Positions 27,084 through 36,841 are shown, numbered from the stretch's first letter. The stretch: 64,000 bases of DNA from Alphaproteobacteria bacterium (GCA_017559525.1 JAFYRI010000007.1:73132-137131); one strand, 5' to 3'. Notes: a model not told the origin generated them from the letters alone. Numbers and translations are program-made.

Positions 27084-27106
27084 AAAAAACCACCTTGTGG
27101 TGGTTT
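27084..27106 (-). terminator. terminator downstream of tRNA-Phe
   Basis: aaaccacc-ttgt-ggtggttt flanked by A/T runs. Confidence 0.7.
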
Positions 27107-27112
27107 TTTAAA

Positions 27113-27188
27113 TGGTGCCTGGGGACGGGATCGAACCGCCGACACAGGGATTTTCAGTCCCTTGCTCTACCAACTGAGCTACCCAGGC
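27113..27188 (-). tRNA. tRNA-Phe (GAA)
   Basis: acceptor GCCTGGG/CCCAGGC, anticodon loop CTGAAAA, TTCGATC T-loop, encoded CCA. Confidence 0.93.
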
Positions 27189-27271
27189 AAGGTATCTTTC
27201 TTAATGAAAGTAATGTACTTATACATTATTTTTTTTTACTTGTCTAGTGTTTTTTTTAAAAAAATGAAAAA

Positions 27272-27475
27272 TTATTCATTTTTTTTGAATTCAAAAGCTT
27301 CTTTGACCCATTCTTCTTTAGTCGGAGCCTCATTTGTGTGCATAACATAGTCACCTTTTAACCAGCGTCCCAAATCAATATCTGCACATTTTTTACTGCA
27401 AAATGGTTGATATTCTAAAATAGTTTGTTTTCCGCAGATTGGGCATTTTTTATTTAAAATGGGAGTGTTTGTCAT
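27272..27475 (-). CDS. yacG: DNA gyrase inhibitor YacG (zinc finger)
   Basis: CPICGK...PFCSKKCADIDLGRWL. Confidence 0.88.
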   Translation of the reverse strand: MTNTPILNKKCPICGKQTILEYQPFCSKKCADIDLGRWLKGDYVMHTNEAPTKEEWVKEAFEFKKNE

Positions 27476-27477
27476 AA

Positions 27478-28419
27478 TTAATCCTTTATTTCAAATTGGT
27501 TTGTTGTATAATGAATATCTGCTTTTAATATAGCATAATTTTTTAATTTTTCTCTTAATAACTCAATTACTTGTGGATGAGCAACAACCGTTTTTAAGGA
27601 AGGACTTTTTTTTATGATATCGCAAATTTTATAAATGGTTGATAATGTATTTAATTGTCCATCAGCTGTTAAGAAAACATCATTTAATGGTGCAAAGGTC
27701 CGTGTGCGTTTTATTTCAAATAATCGTCCTTTGGTCCATCCCATGATTTTTGAAAGTTTATCTTCTTTCAATAAATCAATAAGATATTTTTCCAATGCGA
27801 TTCGTTCTTGTGTCTGTTTTGTCCCGATAAAGTCGATTAAAATTAAACCACCTAAATGTCGTTTTATTATCTCTGAAGCAATGATTTTGGCTGCAACATA
27901 GTTTAGTATATGTGGTTTTTCTGTACAATTTCCTGAGTCAACATCTATTGTCCAACATGTTTTTGTGCGTTCGATATGAATTTGAGCACCATGATTGAAT
28001 GTAATTGATGAAGAAAGTGTTTCTTCTAATGCTTCTTCAGTTTCATTATCCCATTCTTTTATATCAGATATATTAAATTGTTGGGATATTGTTTGACTTA
28101 AAGTAGGTGGCGTTGTATTTGTGTCTTCAATAAAAATACCGTTAGCATCTTTTCCTTGTCGTGCTTCTTTTGTGATCTTAATAAATACACGATCTCCTTC
28201 GTTGTGTTTTTCTTTAGATGGTATGAAAACTGACCATTTTTTTTCAGTTTCAACAAAGTATCCATTTAGTGTTTTATCGTATTTTCGGATAATTCCAGAT
28301 AGTGTATCATTTAAATTTAATCGTTCTGGTCTGTAAACAAAAAAGCAATCAACTTTTCCCGCTGTATTTTTAACAGCTACAATTTCTTCTCCACAATTAG
28401 TTTTGACAATTAATTTCAT
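27478..28419 (-). CDS. short RNase E/G-family ribonuclease
   Basis: S1-like N-terminus, CWTIDVDSGNC, GGLILIDFIG; the maf-rng-yacG order is typical of Alphaproteobacteria. Confidence 0.75.
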   Translation of the reverse strand: MKLIVKTNCGEEIVAVKNTAGKVDCFFVYRPERLNLNDTLSGIIRKYDKTLNGYFVETEKKWSVFIPSKEKHNEGDRVFIKITKEARQGKDANGIFIEDTNTTPPTLSQTISQQFNISDIKEWDNETEEALEETLSSSITFNHGAQIHIERTKTCWTIDVDSGNCTEKPHILNYVAAKIIASEIIKRHLGGLILIDFIGTKQTQERIALEKYLIDLLKEDKLSKIMGWTKGRLFEIKRTRTFAPLNDVFLTADGQLNTLSTIYKICDIIKKSPSLKTVVAHPQVIELLREKLKNYAILKADIHYTTNQFEIKD

Positions 28420-29036
28420 AAAATCCCACGCAAAACTTGAGTTACTTCAAATATAGGAAGACCAACAACATTTGGAAAAGAACCTATTGTTTTTCGAACA
28501 ACAGCTGATAACATGCCTTCAATTTGGTAACCCGCGACATTTTGCCATTGATTGGAATTTAAAATAGTATCTATATCTATATTATCCAATTTTTTGATAA
28601 TAACAAAGGTTGTGACGGTTTTTGTAATTGTTGAACCATCAGGTTTGACAACACAAAACCCTGTAATAACTCTATGTCTACGTCCAGATAATAATTTTAA
28701 ATTCTCTAAAGCTTCTTCTCTTGTTGAAGCTTTTCGTATCATGCGTACACCAACAGCAATAACTGTATCTGCTGATAAAATACATTTATTTGGATGTTGT
28801 TTGGCAATGGCCAATGCTTTTTCTTTTGCGATTCGATAAACGTACCTAGCTGGTAATTCCTTTTTTTTAGGGGTTTCATCAATATCTGCAGGTATAATCT
28901 CGCTTGGACATAGTCCTGCATCTTGCAATAAACGCAATCTAGCTTTAGAACCCGAAGCTAAAATAAATGGAGATTTTAATCTCCATGGGGAAGTGTTCGT
29001 GTTATTCATCGGCTTGCGTTTTTTCCTTGCGTTCAT
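28416..29036 (-). CDS. maf: Maf-like nucleoside triphosphate pyrophosphatase
   Basis: ILASGSKARLRLLQDAGL...ADIDE...; start may be the internal ATG at 29009. Confidence 0.88.
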   Translation of the reverse strand: MNARKKRKPMNNTNTSPWRLKSPFILASGSKARLRLLQDAGLCPSEIIPADIDETPKKKELPARYVYRIAKEKALAIAKQHPNKCILSADTVIAVGVRMIRKASTREEALENLKLLSGRRHRVITGFCVVKPDGSTITKTVTTFVIIKKLDNIDIDTILNSNQWQNVAGYQIEGMLSAVVRKTIGSFPNVVGLPIFEVTQVLRGIL

Positions 29037-29421
29037 GACGTTCTTGTGCTTCGATACACAATGTTGCGACAGGGCGTGCTTCTAAACGACCAAGACCGAT
29101 TGGTTCGCCTGTTTCTTCACAATATCCATAAGTTCCATTTTCAATACGGTCTAATGCTTGGTTGATTTTTTTAATTAATTTGCGCATGCGGTCGCGTGTT
29201 CTGAGTTCCAATGATTGGTCGGCTTCATTGCTGGCACGATCATTTAAATCTGGTTCATTTAAATTGTTTTCTTTTAAATCTTGTAATGTGAAGGAGGATT
29301 CTTTAACTAATTCAGTGCGCCAATCTAACAATTTTTGGCGAAAATATTCTAAGTGCTTGTCACACATATATTCTTCTTTGGGGGATGGTTTATAATTTGG
29401 TTCTAATGTAATCAAGCTCAT
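29002..29421 (-). CDS. dksA: RNA polymerase-binding transcription factor DksA
   Basis: ORF trimmed to the ATG at 29421 (GGAGG upstream); coiled-coil DxxDxA tip region NDRASNEADQ, C-terminal GYCEETGEPIGLGRLEARP. Confidence 0.88.
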   Translation of the reverse strand: MSLITLEPNYKPSPKEEYMCDKHLEYFRQKLLDWRTELVKESSFTLQDLKENNLNEPDLNDRASNEADQSLELRTRDRMRKLIKKINQALDRIENGTYGYCEETGEPIGLGRLEARPVATLCIEAQERHERKEKTQADE

Positions 29422-29563
29422 TTTGTCCTCCATAAAACTAATTAAAACAGCTTAGATATAGCTGATTTTCTTTTTCTTGTCAAGTGTTGTTTTTTTTCTC
29501 TTGTCTGACATTTATATTTTTGCTATGTTAGGAAAAAATATGTTTTAAAAGAGGAGAATAGAT

Positions 29564-31027
29564 ATGCAATTTTATGGATTGTTTTTGCTTGGAATTTTAT
29601 TTTCAGTTTCTGCAATGGCTCAAACACAAATAACGCCAGAGTGTGAAGTAAAGTTGGAACAAGCAGAAAAAACAGATGAAACGGCTGTTTATGATGAATG
29701 TGGTTTTGGTGATATTGCAACAGCTTGGAATGAATGGGCTGGATGGGTATCTCAAAAAGAATATAAAAAAGCATTATATCAACTTTGTGCGCGTTGGCCT
29801 GAACATCCGTACAGTGATTTATATTGTGAGAAGTCTGCTAATTTAGGGTATGCGCCAGCAATTGCCGAACAAGGTCATCGCCTTATGAAAAAAGGGGTGC
29901 CACAGTCCGCGGTCGAGTATTATACACGGGCTCTTAAAATTGGGGGCTTGTCAGATGAGCAACAAGGAAAGGTGGCAGAACAACTGGGGGTATACTATTT
30001 AAATGAAAATGCTGGTGCTTTTGAACCGTCAAAGGCTGTTGCATTTTTGGCCGAAGCATCAAAAAAGCGATCTGCATTAGCAAATAATTTAATTGGGTAT
30101 TTGTTTTATACAGGAGATTATGGTCAACCGCAAAAAGATACAAAAGCATTTGAGTATTTATGGCGTTCAATTTTATTGGGTTGTCCATCTGCAGAGGAAA
30201 ATTTAGGTATTTTCCATTTGGCTCGTTCGGGAGCTATTAAACGTGAAACAGCTCAAAAATATATGCGTTCTTTGGCGTTTTCATGTGATGGAACGTCGGA
30301 AAGTGGTGAAAATGTTTTGATTAAGCCCGCTGGATGTGCATGTGAAGCAGCTAAAGAGATTGTATCACGCCATAAAAACAAACCATACTATCTGGTGGAT
30401 ATTGGTGTGAATACTATCCAGTTACGTGATGAAAATAATAAAGTAATAACTGCTCATTTAGATGATAAGTTGTCAGATGGTTTTTTTGTGACTGAAATTC
30501 ATAAAACAGCTGCTATCTTAGAAAAAGAAGGGCAGCGAGTTGTATTGAATTTAGTGTCAAATATGGAATGTTTGGATTATTGTAAAAAAGTGACTTTATC
30601 TGATGGTACTATTGAGGATATAAAAATTAAGCCGTATAGATTATCATTTACGTCTCAAGAGTGTAAAGATTTGTTGTATTATGCGCCAGCATTGGTGGAT
30701 ATGAATAAACCATTTATTGGAAAAAAAGAATGTGCTAATTCTGGTAGTGGTTCAGATGATATTTTGTTAAAAATGCTGCAAGATGATAATGTTGCAAAGT
30801 TGCCGCAGCCCGCTCGTCTTCCAGTTCAGTCAATGCGTCCTATTCAACGAGGTGTAAGTGGTCAAATAGGGATTCCTGTTGCAACACAGAAAAAATCCAA
30901 TAAGGAACAAACAGTGGGTGGGACTTCAAAGGGGGCTGCGCCTACAAAAGAGCGGACAAGGGGGGTACCGAAAAAACAAATTCGTTTTACAGTAGGCAAT
31001 GTTTCTTCTGGAGAAAATAAAAAGTAA
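29564..31027 (+). CDS. secreted Sel1/TPR-like repeat protein
   Basis: signal peptide ...SVSAMA; Sel1-like stretches (AEQGHRLMKKG...AVEYYTRA, ANNLIGYLFYTG...AFEYLWRS, EENLGIFH). Confidence 0.55.
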   Translation: MQFYGLFLLGILFSVSAMAQTQITPECEVKLEQAEKTDETAVYDECGFGDIATAWNEWAGWVSQKEYKKALYQLCARWPEHPYSDLYCEKSANLGYAPAIAEQGHRLMKKGVPQSAVEYYTRALKIGGLSDEQQGKVAEQLGVYYLNENAGAFEPSKAVAFLAEASKKRSALANNLIGYLFYTGDYGQPQKDTKAFEYLWRSILLGCPSAEENLGIFHLARSGAIKRETAQKYMRSLAFSCDGTSESGENVLIKPAGCACEAAKEIVSRHKNKPYYLVDIGVNTIQLRDENNKVITAHLDDKLSDGFFVTEIHKTAAILEKEGQRVVLNLVSNMECLDYCKKVTLSDGTIEDIKIKPYRLSFTSQECKDLLYYAPALVDMNKPFIGKKECANSGSGSDDILLKMLQDDNVAKLPQPARLPVQSMRPIQRGVSGQIGIPVATQKKSNKEQTVGGTSKGAAPTKERTRGVPKKQIRFTVGNVSSGENKK

Positions 31028-31046
31028 AGCTTTTAATAAAAAATGC

Positions 31047-31075
31047 TTGATTTTTTCTGAAAAATGGTATATAGT
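31047..31075 (+). promoter_or_regulatory. sigma70-type promoter of rpsF operon
   Basis: aaaaatgcTTGATT, 17 nt, TATAGT. Confidence 0.6.
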
Positions 31076-31081
31076 CAAACC

Positions 31082-31196
31082 CGTTTCCGACTACCTTGCC
31101 CAATGCTATCGGACTTGGGCTATGTTTCAGGCGGCAGTTCATGGGGAACGAACCGCATAAACCGAAACGAGAAAATCCATAAGGAGAGGATATTAT
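31082..31196 (+). promoter_or_regulatory. structured 5' leader of rpsF (candidate S6:S18 autoregulatory element)
   Basis: ~115-nt UTR that is relatively GC-rich for this window, with local stems gcccaa/ttgggc, gcgg/ccgc, cgtttc/gaaacg. Confidence 0.35.
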
Positions 31197-31574
31197 ATGT
31201 CTTTTTATGAAAACGTATTTATTGCTCGTCAAGATTTGACACCCAATAAAGTAACGGAATTAGCTGATAAATTTGCAGCTGTTATCGAACAAAACGGTGG
31301 TAAAGTGACAAAACGTGAAGACTGGGGTCTTCGTACACTTGCCTATAAAATTCAAAAAAACCGTAAAGGTTATTACACATTATTCAACATTGATGCTCCA
31401 GCAGCTGCTGTTGTTGAAATGGAACGTTTAATGCGTATTGATGAAAACTTGTTGCGCTTTTTAACTGTTAAAGTTGAAGAATTGGAAGAAGGACCATCTG
31501 TAATGATGGAACCAAAATCCAGAAAAGCAAAAACAGAAGATAAATATGATGTAGAAATTACGGAAGGAGAATAA
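31197..31574 (+). CDS. rpsF: 30S ribosomal protein S6
   Basis: [14 protein letters not shown]...[19 protein letters not shown]. Confidence 0.95.
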   Translation: MSFYENVFIARQDLTPNKVTELADKFAAVIEQNGGKVTKREDWGLRTLAYKIQKNRKGYYTLFNIDAPAAAVVEMERLMRIDENLLRFLTVKVEELEEGPSVMMEPKSRKAKTEDKYDVEITEGE

Positions 31575-31576
31575 TA

Positions 31577-31810
31577 ATGGCTGAAGTAAAATCTTTTTCC
31601 CGTCATCGTAAAACTTGCCCGTTCTGTTCGGACAAAGGTTTTAAAATTGACTATAAAGATGTGAAACAAATGTCCCGTTTCATTACTGAACGTGGTAAAA
31701 TGGTTCCATCTCGCGTATCTGCAACTTGTGCCAAACACCAACGTGAATTGTCAAAAGCAATTAAACGTGCTCGTATTTTGGCCTTATTGCCATTTGTTAG
31801 CAATGATTAA
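31577..31810 (+). CDS. rpsR: 30S ribosomal protein S18
   Basis: CPFC...[33 protein letters not shown]. Confidence 0.95.
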   Translation: MAEVKSFSRHRKTCPFCSDKGFKIDYKDVKQMSRFITERGKMVPSRVSATCAKHQRELSKAIKRARILALLPFVSND

Positions 31811-31827
31811 TTTTAGAGGAGTTTAAA

Positions 31828-32349
31828 ATGGAAGTAATTTTATTAGAACGTATTGAACGCCTCGGACAAATGGGTGATGTTGTAAACGTAAAAAATGGTT
31901 ATGCCAGAAACTATTTGTTGCCTCAGAAAAAAGCTTTGCGTAAAACAAAAGATAATATGGCTTTCTTTGAATCAAAACGCAAAGAATACGAAGCTCACAA
32001 CTTAAAAATGAAATCAGAAGCCGAAGCTATGGCCGAAAAAATCAAAGGTTTGTCTGTTGTTATTATTCGTCAAGCCGCTGAAACAGGTCAATTGTATGGT
32101 TCTGTAACAGTTCGTGATATTGCTGAAGCTATTCATGATGCTGGTTTCAAAGTTGAACGTCGTCAAATTGATTTAAATCAACCGTTCAAAAACATGGGTA
32201 TTTTTGATGTTCGTTTGTCCTTACATCCTGATGTAGCTCAAACAATTCGCGTCAATATTGCCAGAACAGCTGATGAAGCCAAAAAATCTGAAGCAAAATT
32301 GGCTAAACAAGAAAAAGTTGTTGAAGTTCAAGAAACTTCTGCTGAATAA
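31828..32349 (+). CDS. rplI: 50S ribosomal protein L9
   Basis: MEVILLERIERLGQMGDVVNVKNGYARNYLLPQKKA. Confidence 0.95.
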   Translation: MEVILLERIERLGQMGDVVNVKNGYARNYLLPQKKALRKTKDNMAFFESKRKEYEAHNLKMKSEAEAMAEKIKGLSVVIIRQAAETGQLYGSVTVRDIAEAIHDAGFKVERRQIDLNQPFKNMGIFDVRLSLHPDVAQTIRVNIARTADEAKKSEAKLAKQEKVVEVQETSAE

Positions 32350-32373
32350 TTTTTCTTGCAATAGATTTGAGAA

Positions 32374-32403
32374 AAGACTCGCCAGGTGGCGGGTCTTTTT
32401 TTT
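32374..32403 (+). terminator. rho-independent terminator after rplI
   Basis: agactcgcc-aggt-ggcgggtct followed by T8. Confidence 0.85.
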
Positions 32404-32434
32404 GGGGTGTAAAGGAGTATAATTTTATATAATA

Positions 32435-32463
32435 TTGACGTAAAGTTAAATATGAGATAGAAT
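32435..32463 (+). promoter_or_regulatory. sigma70-type promoter
   Basis: TTGACG, 17 nt, TAGAAT. Confidence 0.55.
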
Positions 32464-32500
32464 GTAAGATATAATATGATCTGAAAAAGGAAATGGTTTT

Positions 32501-33520
32501 ATGGGTGTATGGTCAAATTTATTTAATAAACTTACGAAAACATCGGAAGAAAACGTTGTTCAAAATACGATACAAGAACCGGTTGTTGAGGTAAAAAAAG
32601 AATTAACGCAGGAAGAAAAAGATAATGCTTTCTTGTGGGCACTTTGTGATTTAGATCAAAAAAAGGCTCTAGAAATGTTGGCCGCTGGTGCTAATCCAAA
32701 TTATGAACGACGTGATACTGGCAGTGCTGTATCTCGTTTTGCATATGAGTTCGCTCATCCTAATGACAAATTTGATGCACAAGCTGTATTTAAAGCTGCC
32801 ATTAAAGCCGGTTTGGATTTGAATAAAAAGGATCGTGATGGTTTAACAGCTATTGCACGTATTGCAGGTGATGGATTAGGGTTTGCAGCTGTTGAAAAAA
32901 TGATGCAATTAGGACATGGTCGTATTGACTATGATATTCCGGTTCAAGATTGTAAAACGACCGGAGAATATATGGAAAGTCATCTTTATCGGATGCGTTT
33001 TGGTCCAAACAATTGGCGTGCAATGGAACAGTTGGGTGATAAAAAAAGGGATGATGCGTTTTTTGCCGAAGGTTTAGATGAAATCAGTTCTATGGTTAAA
33101 TCTTGGAAAATGTTGCATGCCGTTATGCGTGGAGATCAAGCCGGAGCATTAAAAATGTTAAATGAAGGTGCTAACCCTAATGTTTTTTCTATTGTTAATG
33201 GAACATTAGTTGAACAATTGGCTAGAACTATTGAAAGTCCAAAAGAAGGATTTGATCCAAAAGTTGTTTTTGATGCTGCTGTTGATAAGGGATTAGATGT
33301 CAATGAATTTAATGGTCATAAAGGGTATTCATCTGTTATTTCTGCTATTGAGCGTGGGATTTCTGAACGTGGATTAAAAGGTTTTCTCAATATGGCTGGA
33401 GATAAGGTTGATATGAATGCAACTGATAAGGATGGAAAAACATTGGAAAGTTATATGAAGTCAAGACAAGCCCATTTTGCTGCAACTGTAGCAAAAAGAT
33501 ATGGTAGAAAAGTGTATTAA
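32501..33520 (+). CDS. ankyrin-like repeat protein with two-fold internal duplication
   Basis: LAAGANPNYE / LNEGANPNVF and FDAQAVFKAAIKAGLDLNKKDRDG / FDPKVVFDAAVDKGLDVNEFNGHKG halves. Confidence 0.6.
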   Translation: MGVWSNLFNKLTKTSEENVVQNTIQEPVVEVKKELTQEEKDNAFLWALCDLDQKKALEMLAAGANPNYERRDTGSAVSRFAYEFAHPNDKFDAQAVFKAAIKAGLDLNKKDRDGLTAIARIAGDGLGFAAVEKMMQLGHGRIDYDIPVQDCKTTGEYMESHLYRMRFGPNNWRAMEQLGDKKRDDAFFAEGLDEISSMVKSWKMLHAVMRGDQAGALKMLNEGANPNVFSIVNGTLVEQLARTIESPKEGFDPKVVFDAAVDKGLDVNEFNGHKGYSSVISAIERGISERGLKGFLNMAGDKVDMNATDKDGKTLESYMKSRQAHFAATVAKRYGRKVY

Positions 33521-33540
33521 TATTTTGTTTTAATAGAAAA

Positions 33541-33568
33541 AAAACCATCGAAAGATGGTTCTTTTTTT
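33541..33568 (+). terminator. rho-independent terminator
   Basis: aaccatc-gaaa-gatggtt followed by T7. Confidence 0.8.
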
Positions 33569-33647
33569 ATGTTTAAAATATAATGGGGTATTTTTTTGTG
33601 ACAACATTTAAAAAGGTTATATTTTTCATACGGTTATCCCGAAAACA

Positions 33648-33676
33648 TTGACAAATGTTATAATATAGTGTACAAT
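33648..33676 (+). promoter_or_regulatory. sigma70-type promoter
   Basis: TTGACA, 17 nt, TACAAT. Confidence 0.55.
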
Positions 33677-33702
33677 AATAAATGTATCACATAGGAGGGA
33701 AA

Positions 33703-34323
33703 ATGGCAAACAACAGATTATTTCATTGTGTTAAACGGGCGAAAGCATTAAAAACAGTTCCGGCTTTGATTGAATTGGGTGTAAACCCACACGAAACGGA
33801 TGATAAAGGGCGAACATTATTACATTATGCCGCAGAACAAGGGCATCTTCCATTGGTTGATTATTTAGTTAATACTGTTAAAATTCATCCAAATATTCAA
33901 GATCATGATGGTCAAACAGCTATGCATATGGCTGCAACCCAGCATCGCGTTGCTATTGTAAAGACGTTGTCTGCCGCAGGTGGAGATGTTAATGCAACAG
34001 ATAAAGTTGGTTTGAGACCGTTACATATGGCCGCAATTTATGGTCATATTACGATGGCTTCGACGTTGGTTGATAAGGGAGCAGATATTTTTGCAACATC
34101 TTATGCTGCAGGAGGGCATGGTAATTTAACAGCGCGTGAGGCAGCATTGTTAGCTAATCAGCCTAAAATGGCTCAGGTTTTGGGAGCAATAGAACGTATT
34201 GCAAAATTAAAATTAGCGAAACAACAAGAAGCTTCTCAATCTCTTCCGCCAGAACCCGTTTTTATTTGTTCACATGATGATGTTAATACACCAATGAAAA
34301 CAAAAGAAAATCAAAAATCATAA
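33703..34323 (+). CDS. ankyrin repeat protein
   Basis: ORF trimmed to the ATG after GGAGGG; canonical repeats GRTLLHYAAEQGHLPLVDYLV, GQTAMHMAATQHRVAIVKTL, GLRPLHMAAIYGHITMASTLVDKGADI. Confidence 0.88.
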   Translation: MANNRLFHCVKRAKALKTVPALIELGVNPHETDDKGRTLLHYAAEQGHLPLVDYLVNTVKIHPNIQDHDGQTAMHMAATQHRVAIVKTLSAAGGDVNATDKVGLRPLHMAAIYGHITMASTLVDKGADIFATSYAAGGHGNLTAREAALLANQPKMAQVLGAIERIAKLKLAKQQEASQSLPPEPVFICSHDDVNTPMKTKENQKS

Positions 34324-34357
34324 GAAATACCAAAGGTTATTTTGGATAATAACATCA

Positions 34358-34383
34358 AACGCCCTGATTATTCAGGGCGTTTT
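34358..34383. terminator. bidirectional terminator hairpin
   Basis: aaacgccctga-ttat-tcagggcgttt between convergent genes. Confidence 0.8.
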
Positions 34384-34403
34384 GGTAGATTAAGTGGAGC
34401 AAT

Positions 34404-35612
34404 CTAGCGACAAATAGAGTAAGGACTATCGCCGTATACACGAGCACTAGCATAACGAATATACACATCAAGCTGGCTTTTCTCACTAAAAGAAGCATCT
34501 AAGGAAACGAAATGTGCCTGGCAAGAATTGTAACTATCTGATGTCCAAATACGTGGATATCCTGAATTATTCCAACCCTTTTCATATAATTTCTTAGCAA
34601 GCTCAGTACGAGCATAGTAGCCATTACCTCCGCTCCATCCAGTTAGAAGTTCGTCAACACTTATTAGCCCCATTGTCTTTCCCAATTTTTTTCCTAATGC
34701 TTTACATGAAGCATCTGCATCCCACCAACTTATTCTATAGTAGGATATATAATATGTTTTGCCATCTATATCATATTTTACGTAATCTGGTGTTTGGCAA
34801 GTCCCTGTTTCATTATCTGGAAAAGCTTCAGTACAACTTGAATTTGGACTAGCGCAGTATTCCGTTTCTTTACATTTATTTTTATCATAGGTACACCCTT
34901 CTTTGGGGATGCATTCGCCATAATGACATATACCATTAGTGATTGTATCAGTAGAACAATTTATTCCATTTTTACTAGAAACATCACACATTCCATAATA
35001 ACAACTACCACCACAGATGCCACAATCATTATCTATTGAACATAGAGCTGGTGAATATGTTCCAATAGGTTTATCACCTCTAAAACATATTCTTGTATCT
35101 ATATCGCAATAACGTCCTTCGCCACAATCGGTATCTGTTTGACATTCCGGTGTATCATTTGCATTAGATGAAGTTTCAAAATAAAATTCCATCGTATTAT
35201 CATTAGATGCTTCACAAGGATCGGTGTTAGCTGAACCATAATCGACATTACCAACATACACACTTGCTTGTGTTTTTAATGCATCGCCGACCATAGAACA
35301 CACACGAGATGGAACTCCTTCAATAACAATACCATATTTTGTTGTATCACTTGGACTAGGTTCTACCTTAAAATCGTATCCAACACTTGTTTTCTCGCCC
35401 CATTCAGATAAATTTGGTATCCGATCAAATCGACTGATTTGTGTAATCATATCTATCCCCATTAACATTATATCATTAACGGTTTTATTGGCACGATATT
35501 TATCCATACCATAACTATATCCCGTAATAGCAGTAACAGATAAAACGCCGATAATTGCTAAAGTGCCTAGCATTTCTGTCATAGAACGTCCAGTTTCTAT
35601 TTTAAAAGTCAT
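34404..35612 (-). CDS. modular prepilin-type protein: pilin-like module + long Cys-rich spacer + CTLD/DUF1566-like C-terminus
   Basis: MTFKIETG|RSMTEMLGTLAIIGVLS; GYSYGMDKYRANKTVNDIMLMG; VPSRVCSMV...DPCEASNDNTMEFY; ISWWDADASCKALGKKLGKTMGLISVDEL; AGGAG SD. Confidence 0.78.
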   Translation of the reverse strand: MTFKIETGRSMTEMLGTLAIIGVLSVTAITGYSYGMDKYRANKTVNDIMLMGIDMITQISRFDRIPNLSEWGEKTSVGYDFKVEPSPSDTTKYGIVIEGVPSRVCSMVGDALKTQASVYVGNVDYGSANTDPCEASNDNTMEFYFETSSNANDTPECQTDTDCGEGRYCDIDTRICFRGDKPIGTYSPALCSIDNDCGICGGSCYYGMCDVSSKNGINCSTDTITNGICHYGECIPKEGCTYDKNKCKETEYCASPNSSCTEAFPDNETGTCQTPDYVKYDIDGKTYYISYYRISWWDADASCKALGKKLGKTMGLISVDELLTGWSGGNGYYARTELAKKLYEKGWNNSGYPRIWTSDSYNSCQAHFVSLDASFSEKSQLDVYIRYASARVYGDSPYSICR

Positions 35613-35892
35613 TTACTTTCTCCTTTTTAAATCTTATCTATCATAGAATAAGATATTTTTGTGATGGCTTCTATTTTTTATTTTTATAATTTTAATATCG
35701 CATAAAAAAAGTTAATTTTTTGATAACAACTCAATAAAAGATATAAAATTTGCTGAATTTTGGTGATTTTATCTATCACAGAAACATCCTTTTGGTGATA
35801 GAATTAATTTATGATTTGTTTGTTTTTTTTATGGTGTATGAAATGAAAAAAGTGCGGTTTATTATCAAAAAATATATTAAAGAATTATTTTA

Positions 35893-35921
35893 TTGACACA
35901 CTTTTGTTCATTTTATATAGT
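35893..35921 (+). promoter_or_regulatory. sigma70-type promoter
   Basis: TTGACA, 17 nt, TATAGT. Confidence 0.55.
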
Positions 35922-35952
35922 GAAAATATGGTTTACGAAAGGAGTCCCTCAT

Positions 35953-36819
35953 ATGAAATTATCAAAAATATTATTATCTGCTACTGTAGTAGTGTTTTTA
36001 TCTATTCCAGCTTTGGCCCAAGAAACAACTGCTCAGACATCGGAATTAAAAGCTAATTTGCGTCGTTTGGGTTTTGAATATTCAAAAACGGATGTATCTC
36101 ACGCTAAAGAATATGAAAATTCACCGGTTTCCCAATTTAATGCCGACAGCCAATCCTTAATCAAAGGCGTTTTGGATTTTGCTTTGGAATATAACCAAGA
36201 TTCAATGCGTTGGAATAATGGTTTGTTTATGGAATATGGTAAAACGAAATTAAAACCCGTGGATGAACCCGCAGAAAGCACAGAAAATTCCGATAAAATT
36301 TTATTGTCATCCAACTATGCCCATAAATTATGGAAATATGGTACTTACAATGTTGGACCGACTGCTACAGTGGAATATCAAACTGAATTTACCAAAAATG
36401 CCGATGCTCCCAGAACAAAGGTCGCTCGTGGTAAAGCGGGTATCGCCTTATTTGAAGGGAATATTGTCAAAGATTTGTACATTGTGGGTGTAACGGAATA
36501 TGATATGACATATTCGGAAAAAGTCAGCAAAACGGCTGGTGAAATCGGTTGGCGAATTCAATATGATTTGCGTGACGGTGTGCAATTATCCACAGATGGT
36601 TATTACCGTGATTATTTTTCATTCAGCAAATATATTGGCACAGATTTAGAGTATGATTTTAATGCAAATGCGCGAATGGATGTAACTTTGGTTGATAATT
36701 TAGCCTTTGGTCCGTATATTTCATATCGTACAGGTAAAGCGCGTGGAACATCGGTTCGAGGCAGTAATTTGCAACTCGGTGTGGCTTTAACATATAAAAA
36801 TATGTATAAAATTAAGTAA
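35953..36819 (+). CDS. putative outer-membrane beta-barrel protein
   Basis: ORF trimmed to the ATG after AAAGGAG; signal peptide ...SIPALAQE; alternating beta-strand pattern rich in Y/G/T. Confidence 0.55.
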   Translation: MKLSKILLSATVVVFLSIPALAQETTAQTSELKANLRRLGFEYSKTDVSHAKEYENSPVSQFNADSQSLIKGVLDFALEYNQDSMRWNNGLFMEYGKTKLKPVDEPAESTENSDKILLSSNYAHKLWKYGTYNVGPTATVEYQTEFTKNADAPRTKVARGKAGIALFEGNIVKDLYIVGVTEYDMTYSEKVSKTAGEIGWRIQYDLRDGVQLSTDGYYRDYFSFSKYIGTDLEYDFNANARMDVTLVDNLAFGPYISYRTGKARGTSVRGSNLQLGVALTYKNMYKIK

Positions 36820-36841
36820 AGTTTTTGACTTTTAAATAAAA

